A stretch of 64,000 nt of DNA from an uncultured Verrucomicrobiae bacterium (GTDB lineage: Bacteria > Verrucomicrobiota > Verrucomicrobiia > Chthoniobacterales > UBA10450), in the NCBI GenBank assembly GCA_963815455.1, contig CAWFGO010000005.1, forward strand, positions 160,001 through 224,000, written 5' to 3'. The notes below the pieces were generated by a model that made no database searches, was not told the origin of the DNA, and saw only the letters and a program-made list of their open reading frames with translations. Below, piece by piece: positions 12,082 through 22,348 of this stretch (its first letter is position 1; each line of letters opens with the position of its first letter). The position numbers and the translations under genes are program-made.

Positions 12082-13158
12082 ATGAAAGAAACAGACATCA
12101 AATTTCGTGACGGAAAAATTGTGCGGAGCGACGAGCCGCCCAATCTGGAGATGCCGTTCGAGACGCTGAGCAGCTTCATTACTCCGACGGAAATGTTTTA
12201 TGTCCGCACCCATTTCCCGGTTCCGAAGATCGACAAGAGCGAGTGGCGCCTCGGCGTCGAAGGCGAAGTGGAAAAGCCGTTTGAGATTGGTTACGACGAA
12301 TTGATCAAACTCCACTCGCGAATAATTCCGGCCACGCTCGAATGCGCGGGGAATACCCGGAATGTTCTCGAGCCGAAAGTGAAAGGCGTGCAATGGGGAC
12401 TGGGCGCCATTGGCAATGCCGAATGGACTGGTGTTCCGTTGTCGATTCTGCTCGATCGCGCGGGCGTGAAGAGCAATGCGACTGAAGTGATTCTGGAAGG
12501 CGCGGATGAAGGTCCACTCGATGACCCGAAAGCTCCGCGCGGAAATGTGCGTTTCGCTCGCAGTATCCCGCTGAGCAAAGCGCGCGCCGACGTTTTGCTC
12601 GTTTATAAGATGAACGATGTCGATCTTACGGCAGACCATGGATTTCCGGTCCGCGCGATTGTGCCCGGTTGGTACGCGATGGCTTCGGTGAAATGGCTTG
12701 AACGCATTATTGTCACGGACCGGCCGTTCAATGGTTATTATCAGACGTTGGATTACGCGTTCTGGAAAAGGCGAGGGGACGGCGCGGAACTAACTCCGCT
12801 CTCCGAGATGCAGATAAAAGCTGAAATCGCAAAGCCGGTTCAAGGCGAGACAGTGCCGATCAATTCAAGCGTGCGTGTGCATGGCGCGGCCTGGACCGGG
12901 AACGCTGAAATTGCGAAGGTCGATCTCAGCATGGATGGAGGATCGACGTGGAACGACGCGACGTTGCTCGATGATTCGGTACCGAATGCGTGGCGGCTGT
13001 GGGAATACGACTGGAAAACGCCCGCCGCGGCCGGGAAAGTGACGCTCATAGCGCGCGCGACCGATTCTCGTGGTCGAACGCAACCAATCGAACACGATCC
13101 TGATCACGGTACTTATGTGATCAATCATTTGTTGCCGATTGAGGTGGAAGTGCGGTGA
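12082..13158 (+). CDS. Sulfite oxidase-family molybdoenzyme
   Basis: FYVRTH, LECAGN, HGFPVRAIVPGWY and SVKWL motifs plus dimerisation domain. Confidence 0.9.
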   Translation: MKETDIKFRDGKIVRSDEPPNLEMPFETLSSFITPTEMFYVRTHFPVPKIDKSEWRLGVEGEVEKPFEIGYDELIKLHSRIIPATLECAGNTRNVLEPKVKGVQWGLGAIGNAEWTGVPLSILLDRAGVKSNATEVILEGADEGPLDDPKAPRGNVRFARSIPLSKARADVLLVYKMNDVDLTADHGFPVRAIVPGWYAMASVKWLERIIVTDRPFNGYYQTLDYAFWKRRGDGAELTPLSEMQIKAEIAKPVQGETVPINSSVRVHGAAWTGNAEIAKVDLSMDGGSTWNDATLLDDSVPNAWRLWEYDWKTPAAAGKVTLIARATDSRGRTQPIEHDPDHGTYVINHLLPIEVEVR

Positions 13159-13172
13159 GTGCGTTCTGTTCC

Positions 13173-13313
13173 GGGGAGCACAGGCTGCCAGCCTGTCCTT
13201 TTCGGCAGCCTGCCAAAAAGCTCTGTCAACATTCCATACAAGGGATTTTTGCAACACGTGGAAATGTCGTCGGCAAGCTGCCGACGACTACAGGCTGGCA
13301 GCCTGTGCTCCCC
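13173..13313. repeat. REP-like inverted-repeat element (GGGAGCACAGGCTGCCAGCCTG family)
   Basis: Terminal inverted repeats; second copy at 31587-31730. Confidence 0.8.
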
Positions 13314-13406
13314 GGAGTGTGAGTTCCGATGCGCGATCTTGTCCGCCACCGAACGGACTCGCTGTGGCGAGTTGAACTTCACGCCGGCTTCGCTTTAACT
13401 GAGCCA

Positions 13407-14810
13407 ATGTCGCTTGTATTCAAGACTATTCAGACCGAGGGGATCGCCGAGCTTTCGTATTTGGTCGGCGACGATGACGAGGGCGTCGGCGCGATTTTCG
13501 ATCCCCGGCCGGATTGCGATGTTTACATCGACATGGCGCGTGAGGCCAAAGTGGCCATTACCCACATATTCGAAACGCATATTCACGCCGACCTGATGAG
13601 CGGTTCGCGTGAGCTTTGTGCGCGCGTCGATTCAGCAAAGATCTATGTAAGCCATGAGGGCGGCGCGAAGTACAAGTTCAAACATGAGAAAGTGAAAGAC
13701 GGCGATTGTTTTTCGTTCGGCGAAACATTGGTCACGGCGCGTCACACCCCGGGCCATACGCCCGAGCATTTGTCCTACGTTTTGGCGGAGTCAGATCATC
13801 CGGATACGCCGTGGGGGGTTCTTACAGGTGATTCGCTTTTCGTTTCCTCGGCGGGCCGGCCGGATTTACTGGGAGATAAGCACACGAAAAAGCTGGCGGA
13901 AAAACAATTTCACACTTTGCGCGATTTTTATCTCAAACTGCCCGATCACGTGATGATTTACCCCAATCACGGCGCCGGTTCGCCTTGCGGGGCGGACATT
14001 GGCGAACGTTTGAGCAGCACGATCGGATACGAGCGGAAGTTTAATAAGTTTTTGCAGTTTCCCGACGTAAATGCTTTTACCAATTACGCGATCAAGACCG
14101 CGCCGCCGGTGCCGCATTATTACCCGGTGATGAAAAAACTGAATGCGAAAGGACCGGAAATTCTCGGGGGCCTTCCCCATGTTCCCGGTCTTCCGCCCAA
14201 AGCGTTCAAGGAAGCGATCGAAAGGAAAGCGGGCGCGCTGGTTGATACACGCACCAACCTCGCGTTTGGAGGCGGGCACATTCCTGGCGCTATGAACATC
14301 GGCGGGTCACCCATTCTCTCGATTTGGGCCGGTTGGATGCTTGCTTCCAACGAGCCGATTCTTCTGGTCCTCGAAAATGAAAACGATCTCGAGGACATTG
14401 TCCGGCTTTTTATTCGAACCGGGTACTCAAAATTCGCCGGGTATCTGGTCGGTGGAATGAAAGCATGGCAGGCCGCCGGATTCGAACAGACCGAGATCAG
14501 GCAGATGGATGTGCGGGAACTGAACAAGCGCAAAACCAAGCTGCAGATTGTCGATGTTCGTTCGCCGCGCGAATGGAAAGACGGCCATGTTCCGGGAGCG
14601 CGCCACATTTTCCTGCCAGAATTGCGCAAACGTGTGGGCGAACTGGACCGGTCAAAGCCGACCGCGGTTTATTGCGCCAGCGGTTACCGTGCCGGTATCG
14701 CAGCCAGTATTTTGAAAAAAGCAGGTTTCGAAAACCTCTGGAACGTTCCGGGAAGTTGGGAAGCGTGGAAGAAAGCGAAGTTTGCCGTTGAAGGAGCCGA
14801 CGGCAAATGA
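13407..14810 (+). CDS. MBL-fold hydrolase with tandem rhodanese domains (persulfide dioxygenase-like)
   Basis: THIHAD, TPGHTPEH, HGAGSPCG, DVRSPREW..GHVPGA and YCASGYR. Confidence 0.9.
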   Translation: MSLVFKTIQTEGIAELSYLVGDDDEGVGAIFDPRPDCDVYIDMAREAKVAITHIFETHIHADLMSGSRELCARVDSAKIYVSHEGGAKYKFKHEKVKDGDCFSFGETLVTARHTPGHTPEHLSYVLAESDHPDTPWGVLTGDSLFVSSAGRPDLLGDKHTKKLAEKQFHTLRDFYLKLPDHVMIYPNHGAGSPCGADIGERLSSTIGYERKFNKFLQFPDVNAFTNYAIKTAPPVPHYYPVMKKLNAKGPEILGGLPHVPGLPPKAFKEAIERKAGALVDTRTNLAFGGGHIPGAMNIGGSPILSIWAGWMLASNEPILLVLENENDLEDIVRLFIRTGYSKFAGYLVGGMKAWQAAGFEQTEIRQMDVRELNKRKTKLQIVDVRSPREWKDGHVPGARHIFLPELRKRVGELDRSKPTAVYCASGYRAGIAASILKKAGFENLWNVPGSWEAWKKAKFAVEGADGK

Positions 14811-14822
14811 GCTTACCCAGAT

Positions 14823-14905
14823 TGTCATTCCGACCGAAGTGGAGGAATCCCGTGGCAAAATCGTCAGTAGCGCAACGGGATCCTTCGACTTCGCTCAGGA
14901 TGACA
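14823..14905. repeat. REP-like hairpin (GTCATCCTGAGC...GCTCAGGATGAC family)
   Basis: Related copies at 18087-18194, 35307-35419, ~43337-43420, 45120-45229 and 55281-55395. Confidence 0.8.
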
Positions 14906-14928
14906 GTGAATATGGGAGCCGACGGCAA

Positions 14929-15729
14929 ATGAACGGGACGGCAGCGCTTCCCCGTCGATCGTTTGGCGAAACGATGCGCCCCGATGTCTGGTGGGCGCAA
15001 CCGCTGCTGGTGTTTCTTGGGCTTGGAACTTTTCTCGTCTATTCCACGTGGGCGGCGTTTCAGGGCGTGCACTATCACTTCGGCAATTACGTCTCGCCGT
15101 TCTATTCGCCGGAGATCTTTGGCGATTCGCCGCATAGTTGGTTTGGCGGCAAACCGGCATGGTGGCCGGATTGGCTTCCGTTTTCGCCGGCATTGTTGAT
15201 TCTTTGGGCGCCCGGGGGGTTCCGGCTCACCTGCTACTATTATAGAGGCGCATATTACAAGGCGTTCTGGGCCGATCCGCCTGCCTGCACCGTAGGCGAG
15301 CCGCGGAAGACTTATCTTGGCGAACGCTCGTTCCCGCTCATCATCCAGAACGTGCACAGATATTTCATGTATATCGCGCTTATATTCATCGGCATTCTCG
15401 CTTACGACGTTTGGAAAGCGCTCTGGTTCGCTAATCCGGTGACCGGCCACAGTTCATTCGGCATCGGAATCGGGACAATTGTTCTCGCGATCAACGTGGT
15501 GCTGCTCGGCGGTTACACGTTTGGCTGTCACTCGTTGCGTCATTTGATCGGCGGATTCCGCGACCAATTGGCAAGATCGACATCGTCATTTCAAGCCTAT
15601 CGATGTGTAACGTGTTTGAATTCCCGTCACATGCTCTGGGCGTGGATGAGCTTGTTCTGGGTCGGTTTCTCCGACGTCTACGTGCGTCTCTGTTCAATGG
15701 GCATCTGGCATGATTTCAGGATCGTTTAA
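14929..15729 (+). CDS. Succinate dehydrogenase membrane anchor (Rv0249c-like)
   Basis: GFRLTCYYYRGAYY, QNVHRYF and GCHSLRH; lies upstream of sdhA. Confidence 0.8.
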   Translation: MNGTAALPRRSFGETMRPDVWWAQPLLVFLGLGTFLVYSTWAAFQGVHYHFGNYVSPFYSPEIFGDSPHSWFGGKPAWWPDWLPFSPALLILWAPGGFRLTCYYYRGAYYKAFWADPPACTVGEPRKTYLGERSFPLIIQNVHRYFMYIALIFIGILAYDVWKALWFANPVTGHSSFGIGIGTIVLAINVVLLGGYTFGCHSLRHLIGGFRDQLARSTSSFQAYRCVTCLNSRHMLWAWMSLFWVGFSDVYVRLCSMGIWHDFRIV

Positions 15730-15782
15730 GCGATGAAGGGAGATGCGTTGAAACCCTAGGGCATTGAGGCTAAGATGCGGCA

Positions 15783-15971
15783 ATGAGCGCAAGCGAATTG
15801 CTTCACGAGATCGAAGCCCTGCCCAAACATGAGCAACTATGGCTGTTCGAGAAGCTCAGCGAATTAACAGAAGCGGATATCCCTGAGTCGCTGCGGAAAA
15901 GCATCGCCGAAGCCGACCGCGGCGAACTGATCGACTTGGATGACGCGCTGCGGGAACTCGATGCCCCGTAA
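15783..15971 (+). CDS. Putative antitoxin
   Basis: 62-aa acidic ORF overlapping the RelE-like gene. Confidence 0.7.
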   Translation: MSASELLHEIEALPKHEQLWLFEKLSELTEADIPESLRKSIAEADRGELIDLDDALRELDAP

Positions 15972-16242
15972 TTACGTTTTTAAAACAACCCCTTCGTTCC
16001 GGAAGGCGCTGGCGAAATTAAATCCGCAGCAGAAGGCGTCAGCGCGAAAGACGTTCGCCATTTTCAAGCAAGATCCTTTTGACGCTCGATTGCGCACGCA
16101 CAAAATCCACGGCCTTTCGGCTAGACTTCGACGTACAATTTACTCTGTATCCGTTGAATCGGATCTCCGCGTGATCTTTTACCTTGCTGGCGATGTGGTC
16201 GTCAGCCTTGATATCGGCGACCACTCGATTTATCGGAACTAG
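15961..16242 (+). CDS. RelE/ParE-superfamily toxin
   Basis: TPSFRKAL..LRTHKI..DLRVIF..LDIGDHSIY. Confidence 0.8.
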   Translation: MPRNYVFKTTPSFRKALAKLNPQQKASARKTFAIFKQDPFDARLRTHKIHGLSARLRRTIYSVSVESDLRVIFYLAGDVVVSLDIGDHSIYRN

Positions 16243-16263
16243 CAAGTCCGACCGGTTAAACGC

Positions 16264-18075
16264 ATGCCTAACTACGAAACACACAAGCACGATGTTCTCA
16301 TAATTGGCAGCGGCGGAGCTGGATTGCGCGCGGCGATTGAGGCATCCGCGGCGGGGGTTTCGGTCGGAATGATCTGCAAATGTTTGCTCGGCAAAGCGCA
16401 CACGGTGATGGCGGAAGGCGGGATCGCGGCCGCGCTGGCGAACGTCGATGATCGCGACAGTTGGAAAGTCCACTTCGCCGATACGATGCGCGGCGGGCAA
16501 TACGTGAATCAGTGGCGCATGGCCGAGCTGCACGCCAAGGAAGCGCCCGATCGCGTCCGCGAGCTGGAGGCGTGGGGCGCGGTTTTCGATCGGACAAAGG
16601 ACGGCCGGATTTTGCAGAGAAATTTTGGCGGCCACAAATATCCGCGCCTGGCGCACGTGGGCGATCGGACCGGTCTCGAGATGATCCGGACGCTGCAGGA
16701 TCATGGCGTCCATCAAGGCATCGATGTGCACATGGAGATTTGCGTGCTGACGCTGCTGAAAGATGGCGACCGCATCGTTGGCGCATTCGCTTACGATCGA
16801 GAACGGGGCCGGTTCAAATTATTTCAGGCCAAGGCCGTCGTGCTCGCCACCGGTGGGATCGGCAAAGCTTACAAGATCACCAGCAACAGCTGGGATTGCA
16901 CCGGGGACGGTCACTCGCTCGCCTACCACGCCGGCGCGGGCCTGATCGACATGGAGTTCATTCAATTTCATCCCACCGGCATGGTCTGGCCGCCGAGCGT
17001 GGCCGGAATGCTGGTGACCGAAGGCGTGCGCGGCGAGGGCGGAATTCTTACCAATGCCGATGGCAAACGGTTCATGTTCGATTTCATTCCGGACAACTAC
17101 AAAGCGCAGACGGCCGACAACGAAGAAGAAGGGTGGCGCTACACTCAGGGCGACAAGAACGCGCGGCGGCCGCCGGAATTACTGACCCGCGATCACGTCG
17201 CGCGCTGCATCGTGCGCGAAATCAAAGAAGGGCGGGGGACTCCGCATGGTGGCGTATGTCTTGATATCTCCTGGATAAAGAAAAAGCTTCCGAATGCGGA
17301 AGAGCACATCAAACGCAAACTGCCGAGCATGTATCATCAATTCAAAGCGCTCGGCGACATCGACATTACGACAGAACCGATGGAGGTCGGCCCGACGACG
17401 CATTACATCATGGGCGGCGTGCACGTGAATGCCGACACGCAAATGTCGGAGGTGCCGGGGTTATTTGCCGGGGGCGAATGCGCGGCCGGGATCAACGGGG
17501 CGAATCGGCTCGGCGGCAACTCCCTCTCCGATCTCATTGTGTTCGGAAAACGCGCCGGCGAGTTCGCAGCCAAGTTTGCCAAAGAGAACGCGCACGGCAA
17601 GATCGACAACGGCCAGATCGACATGCACGCGCGCGAAGCGCTGAAACCTTTCGAGAATAGCAGCGGCGAGAATCCGTATTCGGTGCAGCGTGATTTGCAG
17701 GAGGTCATGCAACACAATGTGGGCATTGTGCGCGACGAGGGCGAAATGCAAGCGGCACTCGATCATTTGAAAACGTTTTGGGACCGCGCCGCGCGGGTTG
17801 GCGTGATCGGCAATCGTGATTTCAATCCGGGCTGGCATACCGCGCTGGACTTGAGAAATCTGCTCACGGTCTCGGAAGCAATCACCCGCGCCGCGCTCGA
17901 GCGAAAGGAAAGTCGCGGCGCACAGTTTCGCGAAGATTATCCAGAAAAGGACGAGCGTTTTGCGAAAGTGAACACAATCATTTCAAAAGCGCCCGACGGT
18001 TCGATGCAAGTTCGGCTGGAGCCGCTACCCGAAATGCCGGAGTATTTGCGAGAGATTGTCGAGGAAATGAAATGA
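16264..18075 (+). CDS. sdhA: Succinate dehydrogenase/fumarate reductase flavoprotein
   Basis: GSGGAG, AHTVMAEGG, QFHPTG, GANRLGGNS and ESRGA. Confidence 0.95.
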   Translation: MPNYETHKHDVLIIGSGGAGLRAAIEASAAGVSVGMICKCLLGKAHTVMAEGGIAAALANVDDRDSWKVHFADTMRGGQYVNQWRMAELHAKEAPDRVRELEAWGAVFDRTKDGRILQRNFGGHKYPRLAHVGDRTGLEMIRTLQDHGVHQGIDVHMEICVLTLLKDGDRIVGAFAYDRERGRFKLFQAKAVVLATGGIGKAYKITSNSWDCTGDGHSLAYHAGAGLIDMEFIQFHPTGMVWPPSVAGMLVTEGVRGEGGILTNADGKRFMFDFIPDNYKAQTADNEEEGWRYTQGDKNARRPPELLTRDHVARCIVREIKEGRGTPHGGVCLDISWIKKKLPNAEEHIKRKLPSMYHQFKALGDIDITTEPMEVGPTTHYIMGGVHVNADTQMSEVPGLFAGGECAAGINGANRLGGNSLSDLIVFGKRAGEFAAKFAKENAHGKIDNGQIDMHAREALKPFENSSGENPYSVQRDLQEVMQHNVGIVRDEGEMQAALDHLKTFWDRAARVGVIGNRDFNPGWHTALDLRNLLTVSEAITRAALERKESRGAQFREDYPEKDERFAKVNTIISKAPDGSMQVRLEPLPEMPEYLREIVEEMK

Positions 18076-18220
18076 GCGCGCGCTGCTGTCATCCTGAACG
18101 AAGTGAAGGCCGCCACTTTACTTCGTGCAACACACAAGCTTTCTCGCGTAATCAACCCTCGTCGGTGAGGTCCCTCGCTTGCGCTCGGGATGACGCCGCG
18201 AAGATCATCGGGGAAATCAA

Positions 18221-18998
18221 ATGACCGCGCAGAAACAGGTCGTCTTCAAAATCTGGCGCGGCGACGCGAACGGCGGTGAGTTTCGCGATTACACAACGGG
18301 CGTTTCTGAGGGCATGGTCGTGCTCGATGCGGTCAATCACATCCAGGCGACACAGGCGAACGACCTCGCCTGTCGATGGAATTGCAAAGCCGGCAAGTGC
18401 GGCTCGTGTTCGGCCGAGATCAACGGGATGCCCAAACTGATGTGCATGACACGAATGAGCGATCTGCCGCTCGATAGGCCGGTGACGGTGCAGCCGATGA
18501 AGGCGTTCCCTCCGATCAAGGACTTGATCACGGATGTTTCCTGGAATTTTCGGGTTAAGAAAAAGATCAAGCCGTTTCAAGCCGCGACCGCCGGATGCGC
18601 CGGATGGAACGTGGCGGATGCAACAGGAAGACATCGACCGGGTCCAGGAGTTCCGGAAATGCATCGAGTGTTTTCTTTGTCAGGATGTTTGCCACGTCCT
18701 GCGCGATCATCGGATGCACGAACAATTCATTGGCCCGCGCTTTCTGATTTACACCGCCGCGCTGGAGATGCATCCGCTGGATACGGAGGATCGAACAGAG
18801 GAATTGCGCAACGCCCATGGCATCGGTTATTGCAATATCACGAAATGTTGCACAAAAGTTTGCCCCGAGAGTATCCACATCACCGATAACGGAATCATTC
18901 CACTTAAGGAGCGCGTGGTGGATAATTTTTATGATCCGTTCGGCTGGTTCTGGCGGTGGATGAAGAGAAAAACTGACGTTAAAGCGATGACGAGTTGA
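18221..18998 (+). CDS. sdhB: SDH iron-sulfur subunit, frameshift near 18560
   Basis: CKAGKCGSC, then CIECFLCQDVC and CNITKCCTKVCP in a second frame. Confidence 0.9.
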
Positions 18999-19076
18999 AG
19001 CGATGAAGCGTAGGATCGACAGTTCGGCGGACCGCGTTAACCTTTCAACGCGTCAGCGCTTCAACGTTGCACGCCC

Positions 19077-19577
19077 ATGACTGAGCTAAAATCCCTGCAC
19101 AAAGAAGCCATTCCGGCTGCTTTGGAAAAAGCGGAGCGCTACCGGTTGCTCAACGAGCCCGGCGAAGCCGAAAGCATCTGTCTGGATGTGCTGAAGGCTG
19201 ATCCGGAAAATCAAACAGCAATCATCACGCTGTTGCTTGCCCTAACCGATCGATTCGAAAAAGGTTACGGCGTTAGCGATACACAGGCCAAAGAATTGCT
19301 GTCGCGGATGAGATCGGAATACGACCGCGCCTATTATTCGGGAATCGTGGCGGAGCGTCGGGCCAAGATGAAACTGCGTCAGAACACGCCGGATTGCCGG
19401 TTTCAAGCCTACGACCTCTTTCGCGAAGCGATGGGTTGGTTTGAGAAAGCCGAGCCGATCCGGCCGGCTGGTCATGATGATGCTCTGCTGCGCTGGAATA
19501 CCTGCGCCCGCATTATAGAGCGAAACCATCTGGTGCCGCGAGAACCGGAAGAGCGCGTCGAGTTTCCATTGGAATAG
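19077..19577 (+). CDS. Hypothetical helical protein downstream of sdhB
   Basis: Coherent 166-aa ORF, co-oriented with the sdh genes. Confidence 0.75.
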   Translation: MTELKSLHKEAIPAALEKAERYRLLNEPGEAESICLDVLKADPENQTAIITLLLALTDRFEKGYGVSDTQAKELLSRMRSEYDRAYYSGIVAERRAKMKLRQNTPDCRFQAYDLFREAMGWFEKAEPIRPAGHDDALLRWNTCARIIERNHLVPREPEERVEFPLE

Positions 19578-19625
19578 GTGGAACGCGAACTATTCTTAGC
19601 ATCGTCCTCGGAGAGGCCGATCCAC

Positions 19626-19752
19626 CTACACGATCGCCCCGCCGCAGCTCGAGCCGGCGCCGGCGGTGCAGCCGAAACAGTGATCGCCGGTCATGATCTC
19701 GGGGTTGTCGATCTTGTCGGGATCGATGTCCCACAAGAAAAGTCGTCGCTCG
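19626..19752 (-). pseudogene. Orphan 3' fragment of arsS
   Basis: RLFLWDIDPDKIDNPEIMTGDHCFGCTAGAGSSCGGAIV* is a diverged copy of the arsS C-terminus. Confidence 0.85.
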
Positions 19753-19886
19753 TGGAGTGAAGTCATTCCAGGCGTTCGGTCTTGGGGTTGAGCGAGGTAA
19801 TGGACCAACCCCACCTTCGCCAAGGCTACGGCGCGCCAGGGAGGCGCGGCTTTCGCAGTCGAAGTCTTTGGTGTAAGATTTCAATT

Positions 19887-20168
19887 GTGAAAATTACCGA
19901 GGCTAAACCTCTCGAGAGTTACAAGCTGTTCCTTCGTTTTGATGATGGCGTCTCCGGTGTTATCGACCTTGGCCACATCGCGGGCCGCGGCGTTTTCGAG
20001 GCTTGGAATCGCCCTGAGATTTTTGAACAGGTTCGAGTTACCAAGCTTGGTGCGCTTCAATGGCCGGGCGAGCTCGACCTCTGCCCTGATTCGCTTTATT
20101 TGAAGTTGACCGGCAAAGCCCCGGAAGAAGTTTTTCCCGCCTTGGATAAACGTGTGACGCATGCCTGA
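19887..20168 (+). CDS. DUF2442 protein (TA-associated)
   Basis: YKLFLRFDDG..G.ID..QWPGELDLCPDSLY. Confidence 0.85.
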   Translation: MKITEAKPLESYKLFLRFDDGVSGVIDLGHIAGRGVFEAWNRPEIFEQVRVTKLGALQWPGELDLCPDSLYLKLTGKAPEEVFPALDKRVTHA

Positions 20169-20222
20169 GATTTCCCGCTTCTACGGGATCGTCATTCCCG
20201 AGCGTGCGCTACGACTCGCGCG
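20161..20222 (+). pseudogene. Internally deleted DUF4160 remnant
   Basis: MPEISRFYGIVI joined directly to PERALRL. Confidence 0.7.
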
Positions 20223-20348
20223 CTCGCATCATCGAGCGAAATCATCTCGTCCCACGCGAACCTGAAGAGCGCATCGAATTTCCGCTCGAATAGGTGGAAC
20301 GCGATCTCCGAGCGCGTTGTTAATCTAGGCGCCGAAGGCGCACCAACT

Positions 20349-21345
20349 CTAGCATCGTCCTCGGAGAGGCCGATCCACCTCCACAATCGCGCCGCCGCAG
20401 GTCGATCCCGCGCCGGCGGTGCAACCGAAACAGTGATCGCCGGTCATGATCTCGCGGTTCTCGATCTTGTCCGGATCGATGTCCCACAAGAAGAGTCGTG
20501 ATCCGTCGCAAGTTTTCCCATTGCATGTCGAGCTGCTGATTAAAATCGCAATCGTAAACTTCGCCGCGCCAACCGACACTGATCGTGTTGCGGCACATCA
20601 GGCCGTCGATCGTCGCTTGATTAAAATTGTCGATCAAAAGCTGCATGTACTCTTCGAGTTTCCCGTTATGTCGCAGATACGAGGCAAAGCGCGCGATCGG
20701 CAGATTCGTGATCGTGTAAAGATCGTTGAACACGATTTCGAAGTGTTTTTTCAGCTCGCGCTTGTAATCGGCTTCGAGCTCTGACTGTGGTCCCGGCAAA
20801 AACGGCCCCACCGGGTTGTAAACCAGATGAAGCGGAAGATCGGCTTCGACGCCGTAGCCCAATGAATTCAAAAGCTGCAGGGCCCGGATGCTTCCTTCGA
20901 ACACCCCTTCGCCGCGCTGGGCGTTTACGTTCTTCGGCGTGTAGCACGGCATCGAGGCGATGATCTCAACTTTTCGTTTCGCCAAAAATTCAGCGAGATC
21001 CTCATAACCCGGTTCGAGTAGGATCGTGAGGTTGCAACGGTCGATCACGTGCCGCTTCGCTTCGAGCGCGCAAACTCTCTCAATGAAATAACGAAAATCC
21101 GGAATCATTTCTGGGGCGCCGCCGGTAAGATCGACAGTCGGAATATCGGTCCTGGCCAGCCAGTCGATCACGCGATCTATGGTTTCGCGAGTCATGATTT
21201 CTTTGCGCTTTGGCCCGGCATTCACGTGGCAATGATTGCAGGTGAGATTGCAGAGCTTGCCCACGTTTACCTGCAAAATCTCCGGGTGGGCCCGCCGCAA
21301 CGGCAGGGAATGTTCGGCGAGTTTCTGGGCGAACTGGTTCATCAT
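20349..21345 (-). CDS. arsS: Radical SAM/Cys-rich protein, ArsS (DUF3641) family; frameshift near 20505
   Basis: CNLTCNHC, LMCRNTISV, YDCDFNQ and HCFGCTAGAGSTCGG. Confidence 0.85.
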
Positions 21346-21410
21346 CAACAGATCCACCTCTTGATGAGCCAGAACTTCCACCCAAACGCCGCGACACGCA
21401 TAGGAAATTT

Positions 21411-22310
21411 CTACTCGATGAGTTTGTCCGCGGGTTTCGGGATGCGCTCGGGCCGTTCGCCGGTAGGCAGCCGCCAATAGTCGCGCTGTGCCCGAAAGGG
21501 CAACAGCCATAATCGGCCGAGGGTGAGGTCGCGTTCATCTCGATAGGCCGCCACGCCGATCCTAATTTCGTCCTGGGCGATATCGCGACGCAACGTCCGA
21601 TGGAACTTGTCCCACCAGCAAAAAATGGTGCCCCAATTCGAGTTCGTCTCACGTTCGACAATGGAATGATGAATCCCATGCATCCGGGGCGTGACCAAAA
21701 CCAGATTTAGAATCCGTTCGGGCCCGATCGGCAATCGCCAATTGGAATGGTGAAAGAGCGTGGCGCCTTCGAATACGATGAAGAAAATCAGCAGCATCAT
21801 TGGTGAAACGCCAAAGAGAACAACGGCAAGCGATAGAAAAGCAGTCGAAAAGATCATTTCGCCAAAATGAAAACGTGCCGCGGTGCTCGCATCCATGTCG
21901 AGATCGGTATGATGAACATTGTGAAATCGCCAGAAGAACGGGATCATGTGATTCGCCCTATGCCACCACCAGTAAGCGTAATCCATAAGGAGGAAGCCGG
22001 CACCGATCCGCGCCCAGGCGGGCAGGGGAAGCCAATGGAGCAAACCGAGATGTCGATCCTGCGCCCAGGCTGCGAGCGCAAGCGGCGCGGGCAGCATTGT
22101 CCAGCGCAGAACGGCCTGCGATGGAATCGAGAGGGCAAGATTTCGAATGAGGCGACGCAGCAAATCAAACTGCTGCCGTCGTAACGGAAAACGCCATTGA
22201 AGCAGGAACAAAGCAACGAAGAGACAAACAATGAGCGGTGCGCCGATGGAATCGAGAAGCGGGATCGCCTTGAGCGCAAACACAGCGAATGTTGAACACT
22301 TCATCGTCAA
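21411..22310 (-). CDS. Sterol desaturase/fatty acid hydroxylase family; start uncertain
   Basis: HRANH, HNVHH, FHHSN and HGIHH histidine boxes. Confidence 0.9.
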   Translation of the reverse strand: MTMKCSTFAVFALKAIPLLDSIGAPLIVCLFVALFLLQWRFPLRRQQFDLLRRLIRNLALSIPSQAVLRWTMLPAPLALAAWAQDRHLGLLHWLPLPAWARIGAGFLLMDYAYWWWHRANHMIPFFWRFHNVHHTDLDMDASTAARFHFGEMIFSTAFLSLAVVLFGVSPMMLLIFFIVFEGATLFHHSNWRLPIGPERILNLVLVTPRMHGIHHSIVERETNSNWGTIFCWWDKFHRTLRRDIAQDEIRIGVAAYRDERDLTLGRLWLLPFRAQRDYWRLPTGERPERIPKPADKLIE

Positions 22311-22348
22311 TGTTCAATCCCAATGAAACCAAGACATGCGGCATCACG

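Noticed and set aside
14782..14928. N-terminal extension of the sdh anchor ORF
   Set aside because: Read-through of a REP hairpin; RBS and ATG lie at 14915-14931
20349..20430. Selenocysteine in the arsS C-terminus
   Set aside because: Both copies encode Cys, with no in-frame TGA
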